A DNA stretch of 64,000 bases from Paramecium tetraurelia (lineage: Eukaryota): assembly GCA_000165425.1 (NCBI GenBank), contig CT868529.1, forward strand, positions 124,001 through 188,000. The letters run 5' to 3'. The translations under genes were made by a program, and so were the position numbers. The notes beneath the pieces are model-generated. The model searched no databases, was not told the DNA's origin, and worked only from the letters and a program-made list of their open reading frames with translations. Shown in pieces: positions 27,363 through 39,953 of this stretch. The first letter of the stretch is position 1, and every line of letters begins with the position of its first letter.

Positions 27363-28885
27363 ATGGATCCGAAATTGAATTTTTAAGAAACTTTGTAATG
27401 TTAGTATTGCAAAGTTTATGTAAATAAAGCCTGCTAACAAGTTCATTATGCCAATTGTTAATTCAATAAAAACGTATTCTACTTAAATTATTATAGCAAC
27501 ACTAATAAGGAATAACTAATAACAATGATAATAAATCCTTCACTGCTTTTAATAATTAAAATTAACCTAAAGATATTTTTGGTCCTTTCCAACAGATTAC
27601 TTTTAAAAATGTTCCTTAAAAAACACATTAATTAAATAATACAGATATATAAAATACATAAAAAACCCCTCCACCTATTCAGTTTATAAAGAAGCCTATC
27701 TAAAATATCTAATTTTAGGATACCTAAATAAAAGGGAATTAACAATATCAATAATCATTTATCCAACTCAACTCAAATACTGAAACTCAATAATAAGATA
27801 ATAGGTTTGTCTCAAAAAAGGAGTTTCCATTTTACAATAAGGAGATAAGTCAGGAACCATTTCCTTTGCCAAAACCCTTTCAGACACCCTCTATTCCTTA
27901 ATAAAATACAAGTTCAGAGTAAATTCTATTACATTAATAATAAAAAAATTCTAATGGTAATTAGCCCAAACCTGAATTAGGATTCAACCAGTTTTTAATT
28001 TTCTAATAAAGTTAGGTGAAAAGTTTTGGAGACATCCAAAATTAATAATAGAATTAAGAATAATCTTTGATATTTAAAACTTAAAATATAAACAACGATG
28101 TGAATATAAATTAACAATAACAATTCCCAGCTCCTAAAAAATTTGAGAATAATTAATAAAAGTAGTTCAAAATTAACTTTTCTCATTTAAATCCCAATAT
28201 GATTCAGAATAAAAATTTATAGTAGATCTAACCTTAATAGAATTAGCAACAATAATAACAGAGCATTTATAATAGTCAAACCAACCTTTCATCATCTCGT
28301 TTCAATTAATTATAAAATAATCGCTAGCCTGATAATCACCAACCTACTAGTCAATCCCAACCAATTTAAGGACAGCCATCTATACCTCGTTAATTTATAA
28401 TTCCTTAGATGCCATAGAATATTTAACCACCTCCATTAATTTCATCATTTTTTACTAGATTTAAGTATAGCCCATAAAATAATGAAGATGATGATGATGA
28501 TGATGATGATAATGATGAATATGATACATATAATTCACATGATAGAGGATTGCCTAATTTTGATATAAACAGATAGTATACTGATGATGAAGTCAATAGA
28601 ATGAATTAAGAATAAATCTACCAGTATTTTTCAAATTTACATATCAATATAAACCATGGATATTCAGAAGATTTAATAAATGAAAAAATATATTAGAATT
28701 TTCCAATAAGAGTAGATGACAATAGAATTGATATATGTGTAATATGCTAAGAATCATTTACTTAAGAAACCTTTACTACAGATAAATAGTTACCATGTTC
28801 CCATTTATTTCATGAGATATGTTTGATAGGATGGTTGAAAAGATCCAAATAATGTCCAATCTGTAAAACAGAGATCGAACTATGA
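27363..28885 (+). CDS. RING-H2 E3 ubiquitin ligase with N-terminal C2HC finger and Q/N-rich middle
   Basis: N-terminal CQYC..H..C; C-terminal CVICQESF...[26 protein letters not shown]. Confidence 0.85.
28487..28510 (+). repeat. (GAT)8 microsatellite encoding poly-Asp in the RING gene
   Basis: gatgatgatgatgatgatgatgat, in frame. Confidence 0.9.
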
Positions 28886-29189
28886 ATTTAATATTATTAT
28901 TAAAATTTGAATCATTTCAATAGATTGATTTAGTTCATTATATTTAAGGATCTTACTAAAATGTTTATTCTATTAGAATTATATTATTAGAAATTCAATT
29001 CCCAAAGTCTTTTTGAAATCTTAATGTTTTAAAACTGCCAGAGACTTGAGATAACAAATATTTGATTTCCCTTTGATTTCTATATTATAATTATTATAGT
29101 AATTATAGTAATTATAAGAAATGCTTAATTTGAGTTTTAAATATTTTAAAAATAATAATATTGTTAATTATTTTAATAGTGAAAGAATT

Positions 29190-30178
29190 ATGGATCCCAT
29201 TTAAAACAAATAAAATATAGACGATTCAGAGGGTGAGGAAATAATTTAGGAAGGAGAAGTTGATGAAAACTTCGAATAAAGAGTTTAAAAGCTATTATAT
29301 GAAACCGACAATGGATTGAACTTATATAATAAACCTGTAATGCCTTTGATTTATTATGAATTTAATGAAGAAATCAAATAATAGGCACAGTAAGTCATCA
29401 GTTAAGACACAACTATCATCCCTTAAGATAAATATGAAAAGTATGAATAGGAAGCATCAAAAATTTGGGATAAGTTTTATAGACATCATCAAAACAATTT
29501 CTTCAAAGACAGACACTATTTAGAAAGGGAAATACCAGAATTAAACCATTTTAAAGAAAGCCATCAGAAAGATGAAACTAAACTATATGTAATTTGTGAA
29601 ATGGGATGTGGAGTTGGAAATGCTTTGTTTCCCCTAAAAAAAAATTATACATTCTTCAAAAAGGTTTATGGCTTTGATTTTAGTAAAAGAGCAATCGATG
29701 TTTTGAAGGCTAATGAGTTATATGATGAAAATGTATTCTAAGCTTGCGTTTGCGATTTAGTTTTGGATGCATTACCAGATTTCGAAAGACCTGATTTAGG
29801 AACTTTAATATTTGTGCTTTCTGCAATATCTCCAGAGAACCATTTAATGGTCGTTCGCAAGATTTTTGAATGGATGAAACCAGGAAGTGTTCTTTATTTT
29901 AGAGATTATGGTTAATATGATTTTGGATAGATAAACTTGTCTAAGAAAAAGAACAGAAAACTTAAGGACAATTTCTACGTCAAGCATGATGGTGTTAGGG
30001 TTTATTATTTTAGTAATGAAGTAAGCACTTTTATATATAGTAGGAAGTGACATCATTATTTACTACTGCTGGATTTAAGCAATTGGATGTGAAGGCTCAT
30101 TATAGATATATAGAGAATAGAAAGACAAAGGTTAAGATGTATAGAGTTTGGGTGTAGGGTAGATTTTTAAAAGAATGA
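29190..30178 (+). CDS. tRNA N3-methylcytidine methyltransferase (METTL2/METTL6/Trm140 family)
   Basis: WDKFYRHHQNNFFKDRHYL, EMGCGVGN, IFVLSAISPE, FRDYGQYD, FYVKHDGVRVYYF and RVWVQGRF. Confidence 0.93.
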
Positions 30179-30204
30179 ATATAAATTGTTATTTATTTAT
30201 TAAT

Positions 30205-31865
30205 TCATTACGCTATATCAAACAATTTTAATAGATTATTAATTTCGAAATTTAAGTATTTATTGTATTTGTTGTAATACATCTATTGAAGGTAATCTGA
30301 ATGTTTAGAGTTCCATTGTATATCTTATGATATCATACATTCAGAGATATTGTCTAAATTGAGAGTATTCACAGATTTTTTAACACAGAAGTCTATGAGA
30401 TGTTGTTTGATGGAGGTTTCGACTAGATCCTACACATTTTAGTCGAAATTTAATTTATAATTTTGCATAAGGTTTCTAAAGACACTCTTTACTTTGGCCA
30501 TAGGAGCCTTCAAATCAGGATCATATACAAAATCCCTAGTTATAAATTTATTAATAAATACTTATCAACGTAATCCTCAATCAAGTACCTAGCAAGTAAA
30601 GTGCTATTCTTGAGATGAAAGGGATCTTATTTCAATTATTTCTCTAAGTCATTGATTGCAATTTCATTCCCTGTTGAAAACAAGATCTAAATATAGACTT
30701 AATCTTTACTAATTCTGCATCTTAGAGGGAGATTCTTTTTTTCCTTAGAGACAATTTTAATTCTAGGATTGTTTACTCAATTTGTTATTTTCTAACCTGC
30801 TTAACAACCACATTGTCTCCATGATGAGGAGATATCAATGGAGATAAAAGGACTTAAGTAGCGGATTAAAATAGTTAATCCTCTCCATAAATTAAAGTTT
30901 AGGTTTACAGTTTCTTCTTAGCAAATTATTACAGGAATCTACATTAGTATATAGGATTACATATCAAGTTGTTTCTTTTTTTCCAACAATGCAGTATAAT
31001 CCATTTAGAGTTTATCATATTTGTCATTGATTTACTTTTTCTCAGCTTCTAAAAGTTATATTTTTTATTTAGTATCATAATTTAATTCGGTTAAGGCGTT
31101 TTAGTTTTCTTAAATAATTTATTAATATTGATTAAGTCTTGTTTGCAGATGCTAGATTTCATCGATTTTGAGTTGTAACTCATTAACCAAGAGATTTTCA
31201 TTCTTACTATGATGCTTCATCAAATTGGTTTCTGATAACGGATCTCTATCCCGAAATCTCTATATTTGTTAGTCTTTTAATTTCATGACCTACATTAATT
31301 GATTATGTTTGGCTTTGACTTAGATGTAATCGACCCTAATTTTTTCTAATTAATTAATATATTATTTTTGGGACTCAATCTTATCTAACAAATTTATGTT
31401 GTCTTGAACGATTTAATTTTAGTCACCCTCAAATTTCTACAGGATCTAATATTTTAAGAGCTCTTTTTTTAGATCTTGAATCTACTTTTTTAAATCTTGT
31501 TGAGCCTTGAATTAAGTGTTTTCTTTAAGCATTTGTATTTCTTAATCTTTTTGCTTCATTCTTAGTATACTTTATTGGATGACTTTTCTTTGATCATTCT
31601 CATCCATCATATCTACTTCTTTACCATATTATGAGAGTATGTTTTACAAGGATTGGATTTCTATTTGTAGTTGTTTCGTTTTTAATTTTTCTAAATGCAA
31701 TTACTCATAAAGGGTTTCCTTGTCAATGCTGATATTTTTTGGCACGATAACTTTTCTAATTTTACAGGAATTAGAGTCATTCATTGAGTAAAGAGTCTTA
31801 ATTCTTCTACTTGACTCATTTTTAATGGGATGAGAAAAATAATGATTTGCTATATGTTAACTCAT
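30205..31865 (-). CDS. Hypothetical coiled-coil protein with globular C-terminal domain
   Basis: Long coiled coil, then KQDPFHLKNSTLLARYLIED...; tiny introns. Confidence 0.7.
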
Positions 31866-31894
31866 AATTATTAATTTTAAGTTTTGTTTAAAAA

Positions 31895-32060
31895 TGCTTC
31901 ACTCAAGTTAACAAAATACTATTTTGGCAATTAATCAAACTACTAGATGAATGCTCTTATTGTATTTGGTTGGAAAAATAAGAAAAACCATCTAGAAATA
32001 GACTGGAATGAGTAGATCCTTTTAAATTGAGAATTGTATCTTCAGAACATGAATGAAGCA
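31895..32060 (-). ncRNA. Candidate structured noncoding RNA (unassigned)
   Basis: 15-nt terminal inverted repeat, nested internal stems, G-U wobbles that work only on the minus strand, and a T5 run just after the 3' stem; lies between divergent genes. Confidence 0.4.
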
Positions 32061-32112
32061 GTTATTTTAGGATTTAATTGTTACTTCAATTTTTATTATA
32101 ATTATTTCCCAC

Positions 32113-32855
32113 ATGAAAAAGAAATAAACAAAAAAGCAATAACAATAGCAACAGAAAAAGTAAACTCCTCTTAATTCTGGGTAATTGATAAAATTAATGG
32201 ATGAATAACATAAGAAGGGGTAGTATAAGGAATACCCATTATATGGATTAAACTTTGCAAAAATCCCAATAATAACATTCACACCTGAAATTAATAAATA
32301 CCTCTAAAAATATCCAAATGAAAGTAAGTATTGTACTGATATGACTTTAATAGCTTCAATAGGTTTTACTAAATGTTATTTGAATAGTTTGGAAGGGTTG
32401 GAATATGCAGGAGAAAAAGTGGCAACAATAATAATGAACTACAATAATCTATAAGGAGATAGTTTGTTAAAGATTTCGAAGTTATTTCCAAATATTACTC
32501 ATTTGAATCTAAGTCACAATTAAATATCTAAGATTGAGGTAATTATCACAATTATTAAAGGATTTGCAACATTTAAATAAATTTAAGAAATTAGAGCATC
32601 TTGATCTGCGTTTCAACCCAGTAAAACGATACAAGGACTATAGAAAGATTGTTTTTGAATAGATTCCTTAATTATAACTCTTAGATTACGATCAGGATGT
32701 TGATGATTCAATGGACAACTCTAGCAGAGACAATTGGGTATTGATTCATTACGATATATCAGTTATCTAGTCAAGTTGAGGAGAGTGAGAGCGAGGCTAG
32801 TTTTGATGATGAGTCGAGTGAAGATGTTAAGCCCAAAAAGAAGGTTAAAAAATGA
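32113..32855 (+). CDS. ANP32-like LRR protein with acidic tail
   Basis: LRRs (FPNITHLNLSHNQI, LEHLDLRFNPV), LRRcap YRKIVFEQIPQLQLLD, D/E/S tail ending in NLS-like PKKKVKK. Confidence 0.85.
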
Positions 32856-32907
32856 TTTATTATTCATTCTTAAGAAATAAGAAATAATTGAATTATATTA
32901 AAAAGAA

Positions 32908-34578
32908 ATGGAAAAACTCTAAAAGGAGATGCATAATTAGTATTAGTACTTACTTTTAGAATTAACTCGATTAAATACTAAATTGGAGAGAATTGAAGAA
33001 CAATAAGAGTAATACTAACCGCAACAATCAGATACCATCTAGATTAAAGAAAATAATTACGATTTCATTGTAAAATGAATGACAACTACTAGTCATAATT
33101 CCGTAGCATAGAAATGATGCAAGACAGGTACAATCATTTGAGCAGCCAACTCGATAAGTTAAAGAACTAGATGGATCAAAAAGTGTGTTTGGAAGACTTT
33201 TTTAAGTATACCTCGAAAATTGCATCTGAATATGCCACCCTCTAGATGCTCGATTTAAGCATCTAATCCATTGAAACTAGGATGCGATTCTGTTCATCTG
33301 ATAATCAAATGAAAGGCAGCTTAGTTGCATCGAGAGTGAAACAGTAAAGCAAATAAACTTAAGTTTATGAATACCAACATACAATTGAATAGCAATTAGA
33401 AGAGAGATTGAATCGGTTCAGAGAATTGATTACCTCTCAAGTCAGATAGTTTTGTGATTAAGTTCAGGCTTAAGATGTAAGTAAGCCGTTTAGGGAATAA
33501 ATTTAAAATAACGTAAATAATCTTCATGAAAAATTGCATCAAGTTGAATTATTTCAAATGGAGATCTAAAGACATCTTGAAGCAAGGGAATTCGAAAAAC
33601 TCATTAAGAAATACACGGATGTCGAAGAGAGGCTGAACGTATTAGAAAACCATTCGAAAGGTTTGACCAATTTAATCCAAGTTCTAAATCAGCAGAAGAA
33701 AATAGATGAATAAGAATAAAAGAAGAAAGTGAAGGAGAAAAAGATTGAAGATCACTTAAATCAATATCTAACAATTTAAGATTTCCATAAGCATTAATAG
33801 TACATTAAAGAACATTATTTGACTTCGGTTTAAGGTATAATTTAATTGTAAAAAAGGGGCTTAATTTTTATAGAGAATCAATGAATCTGAAGATAACATT
33901 AAGAATTTGTTTAATAAAGATATTTATGATAAATTGTCATTAGAAATAGCTGATTTGGATGAAAAGTTCGGTATTGTGGTAGAATCTCTTTAAAATAAAA
34001 TTAATGTTCAAATACAAAATTAAGCCACCAAACTCAACACCTTTGAGATGTCTATCAATTCATTTATGAGCAAATCAGAAGTCATTCAAATGCTTGATAA
34101 TCCACAAGCAATGATGAAAGTGAATTCTGCTGTTTAGAATATACAGGAGAAGTTTAAAGAACTCTATGCTAAATAAATTGATATTCTCGAGTCTTCATTT
34201 AAATTCACAATCAGTAACATACAGGCGGCAAATATAACGGAAAATGATAAATTGAATCAGAATGCTTTGCTTTTAAAAAAGTGTGAGTAAATCAAGGTGG
34301 CTTTATTTGAGTATTTTGGGTAAAATAATTAGCATAATTATTCTCAAAAGAAGAAATAAGAATTAAATTATTAATAATCTTAATAATTTAAAAATTCAAA
34401 TAGATTGGAAAGCAAATATTAGAATCGACCTTTATCGGTTGGTAGTCGTATTACAAAAATAAGAAGACAATCGGCAACTCCGAAAGTTATTTCTGCATCT
34501 TTTTCAGGAAGTTCAGCAGAGCCATAATTTTTTTAAAAGGTTTTGCAGAATCCTCTTGTTTAAAAAATGAAGAAATGA
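32908..34578 (+). CDS. Hypothetical coiled-coil protein
   Basis: Long open frame with heptads and one ~36-nt intron; S/K-rich tail. Confidence 0.7.
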
Positions 34579-34605
34579 TTTTTGTTAATAATAAAATATA
34601 ATAAA

Positions 34606-35238
34606 TCATTTTAAGTTTTTTCTCTTATTGTAGTCATCATCATCTGTCACTAATTCAAATCTGCAAACAGGGCAACTATTGTGTTACTTCAGCCAAGGGA
34701 TTAGACAATCTGGATGAAAGTGGTGTTGGCAAGGCATTTATAGAGCTTGTTAAGATTGGTATTCCTCTTGGCAAACAGTACAACACTCGGATTGCAAATT
34801 AATCTTTTGGAGCGAATCAATTGCAGATTGGGATGCAGGAGGGGATCTCAATAATATCAAACTATACCCATATCTATTCGGATCATTTCGACTGATAAAA
34901 TCAATTAGTTGTTCTAAAGATTGCCCGGGTTGAAATTGAGTGTTCGGAAACATTAATTACAGGAGATTGTCAAACACATTAGACCTTTATTGAAATCTAA
35001 TAGGTATTTGGTTTCTGGTGATGTGAATAATAGTTTGGGGTTGCTATTGTTGTCGTTATGGGGGGTACGATTGTCTTTATGATTAATTTTCTCCATAGGG
35101 AACAAAGCCCCTAGGATCATTCGAAGGGTCTATAATCTCGCAAAACTCTTGTTAACAAAATGCACATTTCATGAGATCTGATGATTCAAATTATTTTTTG
35201 CAAATATGACACCAACATAAATTAATGGGTTATTACAT
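34606..35238 (-). CDS. RNF126/RNF115-like RING-H2 E3 ligase
   Basis: N-terminal zinc ribbon WCHIC...[58 protein letters not shown]. Confidence 0.9.
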
Positions 35239-35265
35239 AATTAATATATTGATATATATTTAATA

Positions 35266-36656
35266 TCAATTGGTAATTTTGCCTTAGACATCTCTCTTAT
35301 ATTGTGAACTTTGAGATCCAACTTGGCTGGAATAGATTCTGTAAACATCATCAAAAGTGTTCAATTCTTCAGTCAAAGTTTCGCTTACTGATTTATAATG
35401 AGCTTCTGCAGAATTCAAGTCCTAAATATTAATGATTAATCTCACTTCGTTGGCTAAATCGATGGAGTTTTGGATTTTCTTTAATCTCTCTTTGCAGGCA
35501 GCAGTGGCTTGTAAAATGGTGATTAATTGGTTTTACAATTTTTCCTATTGATAAATGTGATATAATACAAGATTGACATCTTCAGCAACAAGGTGACCCT
35601 TAAAAGTCTCATTTTCCTTAACAATCAACCCTTTGAAATCACTGTAGCCCATGGCAGATGTAACTTAGTTGTCCTATTTCTTAGAAAATGACCCTCTGAC
35701 CTCTGATTCCAGGATGTCAAGGAAATTGAGCAACTCTTATTAGGCCACTGTGAATTAACTATAATCCTTTTAAGATCCAGCTTCTGCAGGAGCCTTTTAT
35801 CCCTTCTCAATAATTTTGTTGAAGGCTGCAGCTTCCTTTGCCAATTACTCATTGGTAGTCTTTTCAGCAGCTTCGAAGGGGTGTTCAGGAACAGGAGCAT
35901 CTGGTTCTCCAGCTTCTTAATGTTATTCAATCTCATGATCTTCTGGTGCTGGTGCTGAGGCATCAACTGTTTCTTCAGTTGTTTCTTGATTTGGCTCTTC
36001 AACTTCTTAAGTGTCTTGTTGACTGTCTTCTGTATCGACTTCTGCATCTTCATATACATGAGGAGGTTCATTATTGTCAGAAGTGACTTGTGGTTCATCT
36101 TCATCATCAGCCAAGTAGGATTTGAGTTGGATGAATTAGGCTGATTGTAATAATGTAGGTAGGTCAGTCTAAAAAGTTATTGTAATGATTTACTTCTTTG
36201 GCATTTTTAACAGCTCTTCTAAGGAAAGTAATTAAGTTTAATGTTTTTTTGCTATTTTTGATATCATTGATAAAATTGGAATTAGATTCGCATCTATTGA
36301 GATCTAATCTTTGTAGTCTCTCATTATTCTCTTTGATTCTTTTTTCTAACCAATTGATGTAGCTTAAAGTAATTCTAATATCTCTTTCTTTGTTAGCCCA
36401 TTCTTGGTCTCTTCTATTGCATTCTCCTCTCTAAGTAGATGCAGATCTCATCAAATCATTCACGATATCTTGTTTTGACTTATAGTTTGAATCATATGAT
36501 TACGTATTAAGTGGCAGACCAATCAGAGTCTAATTGTTCCAATTATTTTGAAGTTCCATTTTTCAAATCTGCTAACATTTTCAATACAACATCTATGTCG
36601 TTGGATTAGGAGTAGGTTGTAATGAACAACAATGCTATAATTGCGAATGCCTTCAT
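35266..36656 (-). CDS. Secreted acidic coiled-coil precursor, trichocyst matrix protein-like
   Basis: Signal peptide MKAFAIIALLFITTYS; two helical blocks with paired Cys separated by an acidic E/T/P linker; AFIQL-type motif. Confidence 0.6.
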
Positions 36657-36715
36657 GTTGATATTAATAATTTATAAATAAAAACGGTATAAACATATTA
36701 CGAAATAAAGAGATT

Positions 36716-36811
36716 GAGTGGGTGAGTAATTACTACTTGGAATTTAGAGGGATCTCTTGGTAATTACTCCATTGTGGCATGAATTTAGAAGCTGGATAGT
36801 CATGATCACTC
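36716..36811 (+). other. GC-richer double-hairpin/palindromic element in a bidirectional intergenic region (ncRNA or regulatory)
   Basis: GAGTAATTACTA/TGGTAATTACTC stem; GTGGCATGA..TCATGATCAC stem; GTAATTAC twice and GAATTTAGA twice. Confidence 0.45.
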
Positions 36812-36848
36812 TTATATATTATAAATTAATTTTATTATATTATTGTTA

Positions 36849-38551
36849 ATGGGTGTATGCGGAGGAAAAGGAGCTAAAAACAAGGACAATGCAAAAAAGG
36901 ATCAAGATCAAAAATAACAAGACACTCATCCCAAAAGTATAGAGAATGGACAGAAAAATGATAAGAAAGCATTCACATCCTAAAAAACATAATTCAAAGT
37001 CAATCCTTCCATTTTTGTGACCTTAAAGAAAGGAGATATCTTAAACTACTATAGAATCGACTAAACATTGGGAGAAGGTATTCCACAGTTTTCTAATCTT
37101 ATCAAGGTTCATATGGCAAAGTGAGTTTGGTGACACAAAAAGTAACTGGATTACCAAGAGCCATGAAGCAAATCAAAAAGGAGAAAATCGAATAAAGAGA
37201 CAACATGATTCAGGAAGTCTCTATACTCAAAGAATTAGATCATCCTAATATTGTTAGTGTTTATGAATTATATGAAGATGAATAATATGTTTACATCATC
37301 ACAGAGTAAGCATTGAAATATCATCAGGCAAAAGATATCTAAGTGGAGGAGAATTATTTGAAAAAATAAATGAAATCGATCACTTCGATGAAACTATTGC
37401 AGCTGGTTATATGAGAAAAATCTTGGAAGCTGTTAATTATTGTCATAATAAAAATGTAGTCCATCGGTATTTGTCTTCTATTTGATGATAGTGATCTCAA
37501 ACCTGAGAATATTATATTTGAATCGAGGAAAACTAATTCAAGTGTAAAGATCATTGACTTCGGCACAGCCAAAGAACTATTAGACAGCACTAAATTATCA
37601 TAAAGAATCGGAACTGTATTATATTTATCAATATTTCAAACACAGCCTTATTATATAGCACCTGAAGTCATCAGTAAATAGTATGATAAAAAATGCGATG
37701 TGTGGTCCTGTGGAGTCATTCTATTCATCATGTTGTGTGGATATCCTCCATTTAATGGGTAATCCTAATAGGAATTGTATTAGAGGATTCAAGCAGGAGT
37801 TTACTCTTTTGATGGTAATTTCCATTAGAATTATATAAAATAGAACCTGAATGGAAGGAGATTTCTGGGGAGGCTAAGGATTTGATTAAGAAAATGTTGG
37901 TGACTGATCCTGAAAAAAGAATCTCAGCTCAAGATGCATTGTAACATGAATGGATTAAGATGACTTAAAAGGAGAAAAAAATTAATCACAAATCCCTTGA
38001 GAACTTAGCTAGATTTCATGTAACCTATATTATATTAATGAGGAAATTAGAGCCAAAGTAAACTAAAAGTAGCCATTATGCAATTGATCACCACCTAAGT
38101 CATGACTAATTAAGAAAAGAAAAAACTGCAAAAATAATTTAAGAAAATTGATGTCAATCATGATGGCACTTTGAGTAGAGAGGAATTACTCCAATGTTAT
38201 CGAGAAATTTATAATGACGAACTTAAATGCCAGTAAATTGTTGATCATCTATTCGAATAAGCAGATGTCAATGGATCTAATTAAATTGACTATACAGAAT
38301 TTGTTATTGCTTTTGCAAAGAAAGAGTAAATTATGGCTTAAAATAAATTGGAAAAGGCCTTCAAACTATTTGATAAAGATGGCAATGGACAAATTAGTAA
38401 ATAAGAACTTTAGGACATTATGGGTGGAGTGTAATTAAGTGATAATTAATGGAGTTCTGTATTTGGAGAACTTGATTTAAACGGAGATGGTGTTGTAACA
38501 CTATAAGAATTTACTGAAATGCTCATCAAAGGAGCTAATGAATAAGAATGA
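36849..38551 (+). CDS. Calcium-dependent protein kinase (CDPK)
   Basis: MGVCGG acylation motif; [20 protein letters not shown] and GTPYYIAPE; four EF hands (DVNHDGTLS, DVNGSNQID, DKDGNGQIS, DLNGDGVVT). Confidence 0.95.
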
Positions 38552-38619
38552 TAAACAGTTTATTTCCTATTTTATAAATTTTTTCATCAATAATACTAGA
38601 AGTTTCTCTTGTTATCTAT

Positions 38620-39682
38620 TCAACTATCAATTTTATTTATATTATAGTGAATCTTTGCATTTCTAGTTGTGCTAGGATAAATTCTATTATCAAAATATTT
38701 TTAGGAATCATTAATATTAGTATCAATTTACAATCCTGGACGTGACTAATGCTTTTGAATGCTTACATAATTACCTTTCTAATTAACTCAAAATTTACAT
38801 TCATTTTTAATAGGATTCTTTTCAATGGATCCTATTTATTAGTAGGAACTTTTAATTCTTTAAATTTTAGATGTTTATTAAAATAGATCAATCTCATGGT
38901 TATCTTTTTTGTGATAACTCATTCTTCTCTCTTACAATGTTTAATAGTCCATTATTTTCTTTTGTTATTGCTGGTTTTTTGTGTCTACATATTTTTTCCT
39001 TATTTTTTAGTATTCATCAGCTTGCTATTTCTTTTCATTTTGATGGCTGTTTATTTGATTATTAAGATTATTAAAAATTGCAGGATTCCTTATTTATTCT
39101 ATATTTACCTCCTATTTGTTCTAGTTTTTTGCTTCATTTTTGAGTCCCTTTTATTTTGCTATTAATTCGTCATTGTATTACAATAACTATTTAATAAATC
39201 CTTCATTGGGGTAGACTTACCAACGTTTGCGCTGCAATTGTGATAAGGCTTCTTTGGAACTGACACAGTGTTTTTTCATCAAATATGCAGCCACAATGGT
39301 AGCACTTCTAGATATACCAGCCATACAATGCACAAGTACGTTACCTACTGATCTGGCTTTTTCTATAAAGTCAAAGCAGATTTCGAAATGTCTAGAGATA
39401 TTGGCATTCTCATTATCATCTAAAATTATTTGCTAATAGTATCTCATAGATGAACTGATTTGATTTGGAATTTTAGATGTGCAAATACTGATTATAGACT
39501 TAATTTTTAATTTTTTCAATAATTCAAAGTCACCTTTAATAACTGTAATTAATACATGCACTCTCAATGTTTCCTAAATACAAAGATCCAATGTGGCCGC
39601 AATCTAAAATACAAGTGATATCATCCATTTGTTTCTTGTAGCTCTCAATAAGTTTCTGTTTCATTGGAGAGGGCTAAAACAT
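38620..39682 (-). CDS. Dual-specificity protein phosphatase
   Basis: SLYLGNIE, DDNENANISRHFE, VLVHCMAGISRSATIVAAYLMKK and PNEGFIKQL; long Q/N-rich tail; stop position approximate. Confidence 0.9.
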
Positions 39683-39953
39683 TATAAATGCAAGCAACCA
39701 ATCCAAAAATTTAAAATTAAATAATAAATAGCTTATAAAATAACGAATAAGTGTTACATCAAATACTTTGATTTTAGTTTGGTTTATGTGGACAATAATA
39801 AGCTTTGCCAATCAAATGGAATGGTTAGAATAATTAAGTAAAGTTACAAATAATGATGAAATTAAATTGAATTTGGTATTGAAATATAAAAATATATTGA
39901 AATGAGTTTAATGAGCATTGTATTTATTGAATGCAAAATTGATAAATTAATTT

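Noticed and set aside
31960..31980. Telomerase RNA template-like CCAACCAAA on the minus strand
   Set aside because: Does not match the CAACCCCAA-type ciliate template.
31943..32000. U17/snR30 resemblance (AAACCAT motif closing a hairpin, followed by ATA)
   Set aside because: The partner m1 motif ATATTCCTA is absent and there is no H box; wobble pairs favour the opposite strand.
35625..36107. 160-aa K/L-rich ORF in the track
   Set aside because: Alternative frame of the acidic linker of the TMP-like gene.
36774..36809. SECIS-like ATGA...TGAT hairpin
   Set aside because: The stem is too short and the element lies between two gene starts, not in a 3' UTR; no Sec-type TGA gene is adjacent.
38871..39165. 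Hydrophobic + strand ORFs
   Set aside because: Antisense to the Q/N/K-rich tail of the dual-specificity phosphatase.
39850..39930. TGATGA C-box (also at ~45890), possible C/D snoRNA
   Set aside because: No downstream CTGA D box or terminal stem found.
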